Part shown: positions 52,125-62,231 of the stretch, piece by piece
Layout: the number at the start of each line of letters is the position of its first letter
How positions within the stretch are numbered: position 1 is the stretch's first letter
Assembly: GCA_011364925.1 (NCBI GenBank)
Contig: RDOA01000014.1
Coordinates: 1-64,000 of the forward strand
Direction of reading: 5' to 3'
Length of the DNA: 64,000 nt
Origin: Promethearchaeota archaeon
GTDB lineage: Archaea; Asgardarchaeota; Lokiarchaeia; Sigyniarchaeales; SOKP01
Translations under genes and position numbers: made by a program
Notes under the pieces: model-generated
Told to the model about the DNA's origin: nothing
Seen by the model: the letters and a program-made list of their open reading frames with translations, nothing else
The model's database searches: none

Positions 52125-52591
52125 TCAAATCTTTTAAGTCCCTTTTCTATACAATATTTTATTTCATTACGTGTTTTACGGAAACCATCAAACCCTTTCA
52201 TTGACGGGTCTTCAATATCTCCGCTTTCTCCAGCAAATTCTCTTAAAGTAAAAACCTTAATATGGTTTAAAGTAATGTACCTTAGGACTTCTTTTTTGTG
52301 GTCTTCAGTAAGGGTAAGAATTAAATCCGCTTTCTTAATTAATTCCGGTCTTTTTTTAAGGTCAATTGAAACTGAATCGTTGGGCAAATTTATATCAACT
52401 TCGTTCATAACTAACTTAGCATCTTGAGATATAAGCATACCATCTCTGGCATTCGAAGCTATTCCTCCAGAAGTAACCTCAACATTCATTTTATTTTTTT
52501 TAAAGTAATCCTTTAAAAAACCAACAGTCATTGGGCTTCTTGCAGTGTTAACACTACAAACAACTAAAATGTTTGTATAAGGAAAACTCAT
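52121..52591 (-). CDS. Low-molecular-weight protein-tyrosine-phosphatase family protein
   Basis: VCSVNTARSP (CX5R), ADLILT, DIEDP; stop overlaps the uppP start (GTGA). Confidence 0.88.
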   Translation of the reverse strand: MSFPYTNILVVCSVNTARSPMTVGFLKDYFKKNKMNVEVTSGGIASNARDGMLISQDAKLVMNEVDINLPNDSVSIDLKKRPELIKKADLILTLTEDHKKEVLRYITLNHIKVFTLREFAGESGDIEDPSMKGFDGFRKTRNEIKYCIEKGLKRFE

Positions 52592-52674
52592 TAATATAGT
52601 GATAAATATTTTTTCTAAAATATTTATTATGGATTTAGCCATAAAATTTGAAAGGACATTAATGTTTCCTTATG

Positions 52675-53349
52675 CTACAGAAGATTATCTTTTGTGGCAA
52701 ATTTAACACCCTTTTCTCTCAAGTCCTGTAGAGATTTGGAGATGTTTCCCGGTGGCAAGTCAATTCCTCTCGTTAAATTAACTAAAAAATACACTTCAAA
52801 TCCAAAATTGATCCCATCTAAGGCCGTAAAGTAGCAACAGTAGTCTAAAGCCAACCCGCAAATAAAAATTCGCTCTATTTTCAGAGATCTCAATAATCCC
52901 GCTAAACCAGTTTCAGATTTCTTATCGTTCTCAATGAAGCCCGAATAACTATCAACTTTAGGATTATAACCTTTGCGAATTATAGCATGTGCTAAATCTA
53001 CTTTTAATTTACTATGAAAATTTGCGCCTTCAGAACCTTGAACACAATGATCTGGCCATAATACAGGTCCTATGCCTTCGGATTGAAAAGTATCACCTGG
53101 TTCTTTGCCAGGGTGAGCGCTAGCAAAGGACATGTGATCTTTTGGATGCCAATCCTGTGTTAGGACAATCAATCCGTTATTCTTATTGAAGATCTCTGCA
53201 ATTCTGTTCACATTATCAATAATCTGATCTCCTTCTTTGACAGGTAAAGCACCCCCCGGCATAAAGTCGTTTTGCATGTCAACGATAAGCAGTGCGTCCT
53301 TATTGCTTAAAATGATATTTTTTTGAAATTGCATGTTCTCAATATTCAT
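52675..53349 (-). CDS. pncA: Nicotinamidase/pyrazinamidase
   Basis: ALLIVDMQNDFMPGGAL, TQDWHP..H.SF, WPDHCVQG, KG....DSYS.F, GLALDYC. Confidence 0.95.
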   Translation of the reverse strand: MNIENMQFQKNIILSNKDALLIVDMQNDFMPGGALPVKEGDQIIDNVNRIAEIFNKNNGLIVLTQDWHPKDHMSFASAHPGKEPGDTFQSEGIGPVLWPDHCVQGSEGANFHSKLKVDLAHAIIRKGYNPKVDSYSGFIENDKKSETGLAGLLRSLKIERIFICGLALDYCCYFTALDGINFGFEVYFLVNLTRGIDLPPGNISKSLQDLREKGVKFATKDNLL

Positions 53350-53409
53350 ACCATCTTATAAAATAACAAGAAAGATAAATTTTTATCAAACTAATTAAAA
53401 ATATCCTTT

Positions 53410-56400
53410 TTAAGATAATGCATCCTTCTTATTTTTAGGGAGTTTAATAAAGAATGTGGATCCTTTGTTTCTTCCTTCAGATTCAACCCAAATATGACCT
53501 TCGTGCAAATCAACTATTTCCTTTGAAATATACAAGCCCAATCCTGATCCTTCAATGTCAACATCCATTTTCTGACCGTATCGCTCTATTTTTCCGAACT
53601 TAGTAAACAACTTTTCCATTTCTTGTTCTATCAGACCTATTCCCGTGTCTTTAATTGAGAAATAAACACTATTTCCTCTTTCCTCAAGCTTTATTTTGAT
53701 AATTCCTAATTTAGGCGTGTTTTTAATAGCATTTGATAATAAATTCGTAACCACTTGTTCGATTCTCATTTTATCAATTTCGAGGTTTATCACATCGGGT
53801 AAATTTAATTCTACAATTATATTTCGCTTAGTTGCTAAGTAGCGATTGTCGTTTACGCAATTTCTTATGATTTCAGAAACATTCACGTTTTGAAGGTTCA
53901 GTTTTAGTTTATCTGACTCGATTCTAGAAGCATCAAGTAAATTTTCAATTAATAATTTTAATCGTTTCCCGCCACGATTAATTAATTCGATAAATTCTAT
54001 CGCATCTGAGCAAGTTTGGTCTTTATAAAGTTCCAATAGTATTTGTGTTCCACCAAAAATGGAAGTGATGGGTGTTTTTAATTCGTGAGACACTCTTGAA
54101 ATTAATTCAGATTTCATCATATTTAATTCGAGAAGTCTCTTGTTCTCTTCTATTATGAGGTTTTCTGCCTTTTTTTTATCAGTAATATCTTGTGCTATTG
54201 ACTCAACAATTATCTCGTTATTTAATTTAATCATTGAATTTTGAAAGAATATCCATGCCGTACTTCCATTTTTTTTTTTGATCTGAAGTTCTATAGGTTT
54301 TGGTTTTTCTCCTTTAATAAGCTTCTTATACATATTTTTTATTAAGGATACTTGTTCTGTATTCACGATATTAAATTCAAGATAGTTCCTTCCTAACATC
54401 TCATTCTTGCTATAGCCTAAAATTCTCTCAGCTGATGTATTCATATCTAAAATTAGACCATTTTTATTTGTTAAAAAGACACCATTAGGCGAGTTTTCGT
54501 ACAAATTTCGATATTTTTCTTCAGATTCCATTAATGCTAGCTCTGTTTGTCTTCTCTCAGTGATATTTCGAGATATAAATAAATACTTTTGATTCCCCTT
54601 ATCATCAGAAAACATCTTTGCTTTTACTTCAAACCATAAATAATGCCCATTTTTATGTCGTATTCTTGATATGTGAATTCCTTCCTTATTTTTGAACAAG
54701 TCAAGCATGTATCTTCTTATTTTTCGGTAATCTTCGGGATGGTTCAACTTAATATCGTACTCTCCAATTAAATCCTCACTTGTATACCCTAGTACTTGTT
54801 GATGCGTTCTTTCGTTAAAATATTCTACTTTGAAGTCTTTTGAGAGTACTCTTATCAAATCGTTTGAATTTTCGGTGATTAATCGATAATTTTGCTCTGA
54901 TTCTTTTAAAGCTTTTTCAGCTTTTATTCTATCACTGACATCACGGGAAATAAATAAATATTTTTTATTACCTTGTTCATCGGTAAACACTTTTGCTTTA
55001 TTCTCAAACCACACATAATAACCATTCTTATGCTTTATCCTAGTATTATGAATATTTTCTCCATCCTTGAATAATTTGAGCATAAATCGACGGACTTTAT
55101 TGTAATCATCTGGGTGGTTTAGAATTAAAGAATTTAGCCCTAAAATTTCATCTTTTGAATAACCCAATAAGTTTTTGACAGCAACTTCGTTTACATATTC
55201 AACTTCAAAATTGCTATTTAAGACTCTTATCAAATCATTTGAGTTTTCAGTTATAAGCCGATAATTTTGTTCTGATTCTTTTAATCTTTGTTCTGTGGTT
55301 TTTCTAGCAGTAATGTCCTTAAGAGTAGAAATAAATCCTATAACCTTTCCATTGTCATCGTAATAATTTTTAGAGGAACTTGAACACCAGATGTAATCTC
55401 CAATTTTAGGTAAAATTCTGAATTCTACAGGTTTTTCGGAAAAAGATTTTTCTTTAAGCACAGTTTTAAAGTAAGAGATCAATAAATCAACATCATCTTT
55501 ATGGATATAGCGAAAAAATCTGCTATTCTTGTTGATTTTTCGGCCCTTTAACATCTTAGAAAGTTGAGGAGATATATAGAGCAATTTCCCTTCAAAATCG
55601 ATTATGACAATCGCATCCTTAGTGTTTTCGATGATATTTCGAAATTCCTTTTCGGATTTCTTCAATCTAATTTCAGATATTTTTTTTTCAGTGATATCTT
55701 TTAGAATAGTTACTACTTGGACGACTCTTCCTTCTACAAAAATAGGGATCTTTCTTGTTTCTGTGTAGATCTCTTTATCATCTAGATATGTGAGTTCTTC
55801 ACTTAATCGCTTATTCCCTGTCTCAAAAACTTCTTGATATTCTTTGATAACTTTATCTGGTAAAAAAGGAAAGACTTTTGATACTTTTCTGCCTATAATG
55901 TTACTGTTGATATTAAATCTAACTATCCAATCAGTTAAAGCTGTATTTGTAAGAATAATTCTTAAATCTCTATCAATAACATGAATTGGGTCTCCCATCG
56001 ATTCAATGATAGTTTGGTATTGATATTCTGAATCTTTTAATCTCGTTTCTGTGATCTTTTTCTCAGTAATATCTCTGACTACTGCTATCAATTTTGTTTT
56101 ACCATTACGCTTGATGCTTCCTGCTTTAGCTGCGACATGAATATAACTACCATTTTTATGTTTTGCTCTATATTCATATGTTATATGCTTTTTATCTTCA
56201 ATTGCGGTTCTCATTGTGTTTATTACAGTTAATAAATCATCAGGATGAACGAATCGAAGAGCCTTTCTTCCGATAACTTCATGTGGCTTATAACCAAACA
56301 TATTATAACTCTGAGGACTCACATATGTAAAATTGCCGTTTAAATCAATCTCTACAATCGTATCCAAAATATCATTTATAATAGTATGGTTTATATCGTC

Positions 56401-56454
56401 AGGTACCTCAAGTGGTTTTTGTTCGCTTTTATCGTCTGAAATCAATCTCAACAA
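53410..56454 (-). CDS. Multi-PAS sensor histidine kinase (about 6 PAS domains, soluble)
   Basis: Repeated PAS/PAC units (HPDD, RDIT); H-box SHELKTP, N-box NLLSNAIK, G-boxes DTGIG and GSGLGL. Confidence 0.95.
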   Translation of the reverse strand: MLRLISDDKSEQKPLEVPDDINHTIINDILDTIVEIDLNGNFTYVSPQSYNMFGYKPHEVIGRKALRFVHPDDLLTVINTMRTAIEDKKHITYEYRAKHKNGSYIHVAAKAGSIKRNGKTKLIAVVRDITEKKITETRLKDSEYQYQTIIESMGDPIHVIDRDLRIILTNTALTDWIVRFNINSNIIGRKVSKVFPFLPDKVIKEYQEVFETGNKRLSEELTYLDDKEIYTETRKIPIFVEGRVVQVVTILKDITEKKISEIRLKKSEKEFRNIIENTKDAIVIIDFEGKLLYISPQLSKMLKGRKINKNSRFFRYIHKDDVDLLISYFKTVLKEKSFSEKPVEFRILPKIGDYIWCSSSSKNYYDDNGKVIGFISTLKDITARKTTEQRLKESEQNYRLITENSNDLIRVLNSNFEVEYVNEVAVKNLLGYSKDEILGLNSLILNHPDDYNKVRRFMLKLFKDGENIHNTRIKHKNGYYVWFENKAKVFTDEQGNKKYLFISRDVSDRIKAEKALKESEQNYRLITENSNDLIRVLSKDFKVEYFNERTHQQVLGYTSEDLIGEYDIKLNHPEDYRKIRRYMLDLFKNKEGIHISRIRHKNGHYLWFEVKAKMFSDDKGNQKYLFISRNITERRQTELALMESEEKYRNLYENSPNGVFLTNKNGLILDMNTSAERILGYSKNEMLGRNYLEFNIVNTEQVSLIKNMYKKLIKGEKPKPIELQIKKKNGSTAWIFFQNSMIKLNNEIIVESIAQDITDKKKAENLIIEENKRLLELNMMKSELISRVSHELKTPITSIFGGTQILLELYKDQTCSDAIEFIELINRGGKRLKLLIENLLDASRIESDKLKLNLQNVNVSEIIRNCVNDNRYLATKRNIIVELNLPDVINLEIDKMRIEQVVTNLLSNAIKNTPKLGIIKIKLEERGNSVYFSIKDTGIGLIEQEMEKLFTKFGKIERYGQKMDVDIEGSGLGLYISKEIVDLHEGHIWVESEGRNKGSTFFIKLPKNKKDALS
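54535..55284 (-). repeat. Tandem 375-nt PAS-domain duplication inside the histidine kinase
   Basis: LKESEQNYRLITENSNDLIRVL occurs twice, 125 aa apart, and the rest of each unit is similar (LNHPxDY, RIxHKNG, GNxKYLFISR). Confidence 0.8.
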
Positions 56455-56716
56455 TCCCTGTTATTATTTGCTAAGAATACAATAAATTGCATCTTTAAAA
56501 GCAAATCTATAATCGAGGAAAATTAAACTAGTTATCCTTACGAAATACTAATTTTCCTCTTTAATTGTAGATATAGTAATAAACGATTATAACAATTTTC
56601 AAAAAAGTGATTTGTTCGTTAATTTGATACGAAAATTAATTCATTAAAATTTCACTGACATTTTAAAAAAAATTTATTTGCGAATCGTCATTAATAATTA
56701 GTACTTTTCAATTTTT

Positions 56717-56787
56717 GCGCTTGTAGTATAGTGGTAATATGCTGGCTTCCCAAGCCAGCGTCCCGGGTTCAATTCCCGGCAAGCGCA
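56717..56787 (+). tRNA. tRNA-Gly(CCC)
   Basis: GCGCTTG/CAAGCGC acceptor stem, CTGGC-TTCCCAA-GCCAG anticodon arm, CCGGG-TTCAATT-CCCGG T arm; no intron. Confidence 0.96.
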
Positions 56788-56802
56788 TTTTATAATTCGT
56801 TT

Positions 56803-58992
56803 TTACCAAGTTAATCCTTTAATAAATCGTAAATCGCTAATTAATTTGTTTGCTTCATGTTCTGGTACTTCCAAGAAAGCGTGAAATGTATTCTGCCAAA
56901 AGGCTCTTCCTGAGGTGCTAGAACGTATGTCTTCCGCAAATTTTATTGAGTTTCTTACAGGTAAAAGAATTTCTATTATGGCTTGATAATCATTTTCTTG
57001 ATCAACATTTTGTATCTTAGCAGAATATTTAGAGAGGAGCGTTAGAGCATTTTTAATATAATCTGGTGGTAATTGAATTGTAGTATGATATATTGGTTCA
57101 AGTAGGATTAATTCGGCCTGATTCAATGCTTTTTTTACAGCATCATAGAATAGAGAGGAAAGCTCTGTAAATGCGTTTTCTTCATCTAACTTAACAATTT
57201 TAAAACTTTCAATTATAAGTTTTATCTCTGTGAGTTTTTCCCCGCATAGAATTCCATGTGACAAGATTTTTCCAATAATTTCTATAATTGCATCTTTGTA
57301 AAAAGGGCTTAATTCTCCATTGGAATGGTATATCAATAAATTATCGTTCTCATAGTAAGTCCAAAAGTCTTGGATTTCGGATTCTGTTAAATTTGTATTT
57401 TCTTTTAATAATTCTAACAATTGAGCTCTAGGTTTTATAGCTTTAAAATCATGTGTATGAAAAAATTTAACTGTTTTTTCGTCTATCCTCTCAATTTTAA
57501 TGTTAAGAGCATTTTTATAAACAGGCGATTCTACTGATACTAAGGAGGAACTATGGCGACAAGATTCTTTAAACACAGCTCTTGGTTCTGATATTGAGAC
57601 CCTAACACCACGTTTTTCTATTTCATTTGCAGTTATTTCCAAATGTAAGGGGCCTACTCCAGATAATAGAAATTCACCATTTTCTTCATTAATCTCAAAC
57701 CTCAAATTAGGATCTTCAATGAGTAAATTTTCAATCAGTTCTTTCATTTTATCTAATTCTCGTAAATATTCTGGCTCGATTGAAACAGTTATTACAGGCG
57801 TAGATACATATTTGACATCTTCAAAAGGTATCATTCTTCCTGCGTAATCTGTGTCAATTATCGTTTCACCACTTTGAATTCGTTTTAATCCTTCAATTGC
57901 CACAATGTTCCCAACTGGAATGTGTTCAACCTGTTCCCTTCTTTGTCCCATAAATATAGCAGTTCTACGGATGGTGTCGTAATTGTTTTCCCTTAATAAG
58001 AACACTTCTTCTTTCATAGAACAGTTTCCAGCAAATATTCTTCCAGTACCTACCAAATTATGCTTATCTGCTTGTACTTTGCTTAAACAGATGATTAATG
58101 GTCCCTTTGGATCACAGTTACTCATAGCTTTTCCTAAGTCTGAGTTTAAATCCCCATCCCATATTTTACTAATTCTATACAACTGTGCTTCTTTAGGATT
58201 CGGGAGGTGATCTACAACCATTTCCAAAATCGCGTTGTATACTGGAAAATAAACCGCTAAATCAGCGTAACTTTCCTTAGTGTACGTCTCTTTCTGATAT
58301 CGTGCTCTAATGTCTGAAAACTTTAACTCGTTATTCTCGAGCAGATTTAAAGTAAATCCCCATTTATGGAGTGCTGAACCAAATGCGACGTTTCCATCTG
58401 CGGGAGATACTTGCCATTCAGTCTTAAATGGCTTATCAGCGTACCTTTTAACAAGAGTATTAAAGTTATTGATAATCCGGGTATATTTCTTTCTAATTTG
58501 GTCATCTGTTAATTTTAATTCTCTAATAAGACGATCGACTTTATTGATGTAAAGCACAGGTTTTACACCTTCTTGAAGAGCTTGTTTAATAACGGTTTCA
58601 GATTGAGTAATGATCTCTTCTACAGCGTCAACAACCACCACTACTCCATCAATTAATCTTAAAGCTCGAGTGACTTTCCCACTAAAATCTAAGTGACCCG
58701 GTGTATCTACTAAATTTATTAGAAAAGGATCGTGGGCTTCAAGCGATTTTTCATAATAGAGTGAAATGTTAGTTGATTTCATTGTAATTCCACGCTTTTG
58801 TTCTTCTTCTAAATAATCCAGAGCACGTGCTTCGCCCGCTAAATCGGGCGATAGTAATCCTGCTTCACTTAAGAGTGAATCTGAGAGAGTTGTTTTACCG
58901 TGATCTATATGACCAACTAATCCGATATTTCTAATATTTTCAATTTTCTCCATCATGTTCAGTATTTCTGAAATCTCCTTTCTACGGGGCAT
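56803..58992 (-). CDS. Elongation factor EF-2 paralog (aEF-2p-like) lacking the diphthamide HRG motif
   Basis: GHIDHGKTT, RGITM, DTPGH, NKVD, FGSA, GPLHLE, LLEP, IRSSTSGRAFW; the domain IV loop reads VKLDEENAFTEL instead of HEDxxHRG; not in an S12-S7 operon. Confidence 0.9.
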   Translation of the reverse strand: MPRRKEISEILNMMEKIENIRNIGLVGHIDHGKTTLSDSLLSEAGLLSPDLAGEARALDYLEEEQKRGITMKSTNISLYYEKSLEAHDPFLINLVDTPGHLDFSGKVTRALRLIDGVVVVVDAVEEIITQSETVIKQALQEGVKPVLYINKVDRLIRELKLTDDQIRKKYTRIINNFNTLVKRYADKPFKTEWQVSPADGNVAFGSALHKWGFTLNLLENNELKFSDIRARYQKETYTKESYADLAVYFPVYNAILEMVVDHLPNPKEAQLYRISKIWDGDLNSDLGKAMSNCDPKGPLIICLSKVQADKHNLVGTGRIFAGNCSMKEEVFLLRENNYDTIRRTAIFMGQRREQVEHIPVGNIVAIEGLKRIQSGETIIDTDYAGRMIPFEDVKYVSTPVITVSIEPEYLRELDKMKELIENLLIEDPNLRFEINEENGEFLLSGVGPLHLEITANEIEKRGVRVSISEPRAVFKESCRHSSSLVSVESPVYKNALNIKIERIDEKTVKFFHTHDFKAIKPRAQLLELLKENTNLTESEIQDFWTYYENDNLLIYHSNGELSPFYKDAIIEIIGKILSHGILCGEKLTEIKLIIESFKIVKLDEENAFTELSSLFYDAVKKALNQAELILLEPIYHTTIQLPPDYIKNALTLLSKYSAKIQNVDQENDYQAIIEILLPVRNSIKFAEDIRSSTSGRAFWQNTFHAFLEVPEHEANKLISDLRFIKGLTW

Positions 58993-59084
58993 CTTAACTT
59001 TTATCTCTTACAAAGTGATATAAATATATTATTTAACCATGATTTATTTGATTAAAATTTACGGTTTATTCCAAATTAGTAGGA

Positions 59085-59186
59085 GCGGGAAATGATCGTC
59101 TCATTACTCAAGATCTTCTTCATTAAGTGGCAGAATTGCACCGAACTTTCAGTTGGGTCAGAGTTCTCAAAGAAATCATTTCCCGC
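59085..59186. ncRNA. Candidate structured non-coding RNA closed by a perfect 12-bp terminal stem
   Basis: GCGGGAAATGAT (59085-59096) and ATCATTTCCCGC (59175-59186) are perfect inverted repeats; inner helices are possible; GC-richer than the flanks. Confidence 0.5.
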
Positions 59187-59204
59187 ATGATTATTAAATG
59201 AATA

Positions 59205-59840
59205 TTATAGGTTAACAATGCCCTCTATCACAACTAATCGTCCTTTTACCTTTAATCTGTTATCGCAAAACAACTCAATCGCTTTTGGGAATATTTTGTG
59301 CTCCCATTCTAACACTCTTGTTCCTAAGGTATCTTCAGTATCAGTATCATATACTGGTACACATTTTTGGATAATTATAGGCCCATGGTCAGATTCAACA
59401 TCAACAAAATGAACGGTGCATCCAGTTATTTTTACTCCATATTCTAGTACATCTCGATGGGCATGCAAACCTTTGAAAGATGGTAATAAAGCGGGATGAA
59501 TATTCATTACATTTCCATTAAAGACCTGAATAAATTTCTTGCTGACTAATCTCATATATCCTACCAAGACTATTAATTCGCAACCGTGATTTTTGAGAAC
59601 TTTAATCATTCTTTCATCAAATTCCTCTCTTGGAAGGTGAAGAAATTTATCAGATTCAATTAGTTCGAAGGGAATATTGTGATTCTTCGCTCTCTCCATA
59701 CAAAATGCGCCAGCTTTATTACATACAAGGACTTCTACTCTTGCTTTGTTTTTTAATATACCTTCTTCGCAAGCTTTAACGATTGCTTCAAAATTTGAAC
59801 CAGAGCCGCTAGCAATCGCACCAATTTTTAATATTGACAT
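59205..59840 (-). CDS. purN: Phosphoribosylglycinamide formyltransferase
   Basis: ASGSGSNF, L.GYMR, NIHPALLPSFKG, GCTVHFV...D.GPII.Q, EH. Confidence 0.95.
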   Translation of the reverse strand: MSILKIGAIASGSGSNFEAIVKACEEGILKNKARVEVLVCNKAGAFCMERAKNHNIPFELIESDKFLHLPREEFDERMIKVLKNHGCELIVLVGYMRLVSKKFIQVFNGNVMNIHPALLPSFKGLHAHRDVLEYGVKITGCTVHFVDVESDHGPIIIQKCVPVYDTDTEDTLGTRVLEWEHKIFPKAIELFCDNRLKVKGRLVVIEGIVNL

Positions 59841-60199
59841 TTCAAATTCTACCGTATGTAGTTTAAAAGTAGTTTACGTAAATAATCATTAGATATACTT
59901 TTTAACACAGTCTATAATGAAAATGTTTTTATTTGATTAACTTATATATTATATAGAAATTAGAATTAATTCATTCTTAAATTTAATCTCTGGTATTAGT
60001 ATTAATCTAAGAATTATTCTATTTGTTTAAAACCGTCATTTAAAGAACCAAAATAACTATATATACAATTTTAAAGGAGATTGTAATTAGATTATTACAA
60101 TTGAATCAATTTAACGATCAGATTAAGATACTATTAAGTAAGAGCTAATCATTTTTAATTAGAAATAGTAAAACAGAAATATAAATAAATTGACTGAAT

Positions 60200-62110
60200 A
60201 TGAGTTTTGAAGGAGAATTACAAAGAATTAAGGAAGAAATTATCCAACATCTTCCGCCTGAGATAGAAATAAAAAAAATTGAGTTTGAAGGTCCAGAAAT
60301 AGCAGTTTATTCTGAGAATACGAACCTCGACGCAATTGAAAGTTCTGAAGTACTAAAAGACCTAGCAAAAACTATGAGAAAGAGGGTCGTATTCCGTTGG
60401 AACGTAGAAAAACGGAAAGATCCTTCTGAAACAGAGGATTATATTCGAAGTTTAGTTGGTGAAGAAGCCGAAGTCTCTAATATTGAGTTTGATCATACCC
60501 GTGGCGAAGTTATTATAGAATCGGGTAAACCAGGGCTAGTGATTGGTAAGAAAGGAATTAATTTGAAAGAGATAAGGATGAATACCTTTTGGCAACCAAA
60601 AACAATACGAACACCTCCCTTAGAATCAAAAACCATAAGCCTAATTAGACAAATGTTAACTAAAGAACGACAGACTCAAAAGGAGATTCTTCTTAATATT
60701 GGTAAAAGAATTCACCGACCTACGCTTTTCAACGATTTAGACATCCGTTTAACCTGTTTAGGAGGTTTTAGGGAAGTTGGAAGGTCGTGTATCCTAATGC
60801 AAACAAGAGACAGCAATATCTTATTGGATGCTGGTCTGAATGTTGGAAATAAAAACGATCAATTTCCTCATTTTGATGTCCCAGAATTCTCGGTAAGAGA
60901 TTTAGATGCCGTAATTATATCTCATGCTCACTTAGATCACTGTGGTATGGTTCCATACTTATATAAATATGGGTATAGAGGACCGGTATATTGTACCTTA
61001 CCCACACGCAATCTTGCAACTATGCTACAACTGGATTTTGTTCAGATATGCGAAAAAGAAGGTATTCCTCTCCCTTATTCCAAAAGAGATGTAAAAAATA
61101 CGGTACTTCATACTATACCTCTTTCTTGGGGCAAAGTTACAGATATTGCGCCTGATATCAAATTAACACTTCACAATTCTGGGCATATCTTAGGATCTTC
61201 GATTGTCCATCTACACTTTGGAAAAGGTGGATTTAATTTCATTTACTCTGGTGACATGAAGTATCAAAAAACAAGGTTACTTGAAAAAGCTGCTGTGAAA
61301 TTCCCAAGAGTTGAGGCTCTACTAATAGAAGCTACCTATGGAGGACCCCAAGATCGAATTCCAAGTAGACAAGACTCCGAGCGGGAACTACGGCAGATTT
61401 TAAATTCAACGATTAAGCGGGGTGGAAAGGTTCTTATACCTGTTTTAGCAGTTGGAAGAGCGCAAGAACTTATAATAGTATTAGAAGAACTTATTTCAAA
61501 AGCGATTATAGATCAAGTTCCAATCTTTCTTGATGGTTTAATCTCAGAAGCCACGGCAATTCATACAGCGAATCCGGATTTTCTTAGTTCGGATTTAAGA
61601 GAGAAAATATTACATCAAGGGAAAAATCCATTTTTAAGCGAATTTTTTACGACAATTTCGACCCAAGATGAAAGAAACGATGTTATTATGGGAGGTCCTT
61701 GTATAATTTTGGCGACAAGTGGGATGTTAATTGGCGGTCCATCAGTACAATATTTAAAAGCGTTAGCGGAAGACAAGAACAATTCTTTAATTTTTGTGTC
61801 ATACCAAGTAAGTGGTACGCTAGGAAGTCGAATTCAACGCGGATTTAGGGAAATTCAATATACAAACGATAAAGGGAGAACTCAACTAGTTAGATTAAAC
61901 CTAAATGTGTTTACATTGGAAGGATTCAGCGGTCATTCTTCTCGTAGTCAAATTTCTCAATTTCTCAGAAGAATCCAACCTAAACCAAAATTGGTTATAA
62001 CGAATCACGGAGAAGAAAGTAAATGCGTGAGTCTGTCAACTATGATTCATAAAAAATTAAGAAAAGCGACTAAAAGTCCAAAAAATAGAGAAACTATACT
62101 CCTAAAATAG
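60200..62110 (+). CDS. fttA: Beta-CASP ribonuclease aCPSF1 / transcription termination factor FttA
   Basis: N-terminal KH domains (EFEGPEI, KPGLVIGK), LGGFREVGRSC, SHAHLDH, GHILGS, EATYG, GFSGHS, NHGE. Confidence 0.96.
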   Translation: MSFEGELQRIKEEIIQHLPPEIEIKKIEFEGPEIAVYSENTNLDAIESSEVLKDLAKTMRKRVVFRWNVEKRKDPSETEDYIRSLVGEEAEVSNIEFDHTRGEVIIESGKPGLVIGKKGINLKEIRMNTFWQPKTIRTPPLESKTISLIRQMLTKERQTQKEILLNIGKRIHRPTLFNDLDIRLTCLGGFREVGRSCILMQTRDSNILLDAGLNVGNKNDQFPHFDVPEFSVRDLDAVIISHAHLDHCGMVPYLYKYGYRGPVYCTLPTRNLATMLQLDFVQICEKEGIPLPYSKRDVKNTVLHTIPLSWGKVTDIAPDIKLTLHNSGHILGSSIVHLHFGKGGFNFIYSGDMKYQKTRLLEKAAVKFPRVEALLIEATYGGPQDRIPSRQDSERELRQILNSTIKRGGKVLIPVLAVGRAQELIIVLEELISKAIIDQVPIFLDGLISEATAIHTANPDFLSSDLREKILHQGKNPFLSEFFTTISTQDERNDVIMGGPCIILATSGMLIGGPSVQYLKALAEDKNNSLIFVSYQVSGTLGSRIQRGFREIQYTNDKGRTQLVRLNLNVFTLEGFSGHSSRSQISQFLRRIQPKPKLVITNHGEESKCVSLSTMIHKKLRKATKSPKNRETILLK

Positions 62111-62231
62111 ACTTTATTCAGAAATATATATTTAATTTTCAATTTTTTTGCGTATTTATCCTTGGTACTTTAATTTTTAATAAATTTTAAGTATAGATTA
62201 AAGATAATTAAATTTCAAAAGAGATGATTTT

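Noticed and set aside
56717-56787. tRNA genes as integration sites of a mobile island
   Set aside because: No duplicated tRNA 3' end, integrase or transposase was seen anywhere in the window.
59085-59186. SECIS, tRNA-Sec, 5S rRNA or a known riboswitch (ZTP, THF, cobalamin) as the identity of the stem element
   Set aside because: The AUGA is Watson-Crick paired rather than forming a GA quartet, and no neighbouring gene has an in-frame UGA. There is no cloverleaf. Only short word matches to riboswitch or 5S consensus exist, and the element is downstream, not upstream, of purN.
59841-60199. AT-rich 360-nt intergenic region as a replication origin or ncRNA
   Set aside because: No ORB-like G-string repeats and no adjacent cdc6/orc1. 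The weak inverted repeats are expected at this AT content, and divergent promoters of purN and fttA explain the region.
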